Notes under the pieces: model-generated
Databases searched by the model: none
Told to the model about the DNA's origin: nothing
Seen by the model: only the letters and a program-made list of their open reading frames with translations
In this document: positions 24,396 to 24,754 of the stretch, piece after piece
How positions within the stretch are numbered: position 1 is the first letter of the stretch
How the letters are laid out: each line of letters starts with the position of its first letter
IMG/VR virus record: IMGVR_UViG_3300027744_000114
Location: 1 to 24,754 of that record
Origin: a virus
Taxonomy: Duplodnaviria; Caudoviricetes
Strand: one strand, 5' to 3'
Length of the DNA stretch: 24,754 bases
Position numbers and translations under genes: made by a program

Positions 24396-24754
24396 TGTGA
24401 TTACTCACAAACACATACTGTATAACTCGCAAGCACATCACATCATCATCATTGTCATTGTCGTATCGTTATCGCATTCATCATTGCGATAGTCATTGAC
24501 TGTATGTCATTCGCTCATTAGATAAGTAATCACATACATCATCACATCATCACATAGTAATCATTCGTTATTCATTTGCTTAGTGATTAGTAATCATTCA
24601 CTGTAGTAATCGTTACATCATCACATCACTACATCGTTACATCATCACATACATATTCATTCATTCATTCATTCATTCATTACTCATCATCATCATCATA
24701 GTTATCACAAGTTATTATTCTTTTGCTCATCACATCATAATCATCATCACAAGG
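24396..24754. repeat. Low-complexity TCA/TCAT/ACATCATCAC-rich non-coding tract
   Basis: (ATTC)x6.75 at 24655-24681; 18-mer ATCGTTACATCATCACAT at 24609 and 24633; many CATCATCAC units; G-poor on the + strand. Confidence 0.85.

Noticed and set aside
24396-24754. CRISPR array or coding region
   Set aside because: No constant-length repeat-spacer periodicity; repeats are short, degenerate and tandem, and the ORF track shows nothing there.

Overview
About 24.8 kb of a large dsDNA (tailed) phage genome, most likely infecting an actinobacterium. The host inference rests on a WhiB-family gene, many leaderless TAnnnT-N6/7-start genes and a PAKK-rich histone-like protein. The left part is a replication/regulation block: a class II (B12-dependent) ribonucleotide reductase running off the left edge (missed by the ORF track), WhiB, a Zn-finger/TOPRIM/RecA-type primase-helicase and HTH/RHH proteins. 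The centre is a 2904-aa protein divided into modules by a recurring LSSG tetrapeptide (8 exact copies plus 1 LGSG, with varied codons). Its modules carry motifs of two zincin metallopeptidases, three GNAT-like acetyltransferases, a Cys-His-Asp papain/transglutaminase-like domain and a DEDDh exonuclease, so it is a candidate proteolytically processed effector polyprotein. The right part holds SSB, a secreted lytic transglycosylase, a PD-(D/E)XK nuclease, a TauD-type dioxygenase, a DUF1566 protein, an HNH endonuclease and many small ORFs. It also carries a canonical CAU-anticodon tRNA (probably Ile2), a D-armless tRNA-like gene with a UAU anticodon, and a candidate rod-shaped ncRNA. The window ends in a ~360-nt low-complexity tract with no CC or GG dinucleotides. 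No GATC site was found by eye anywhere in the window. All assignments are motif-based by eye; no database searches were run.
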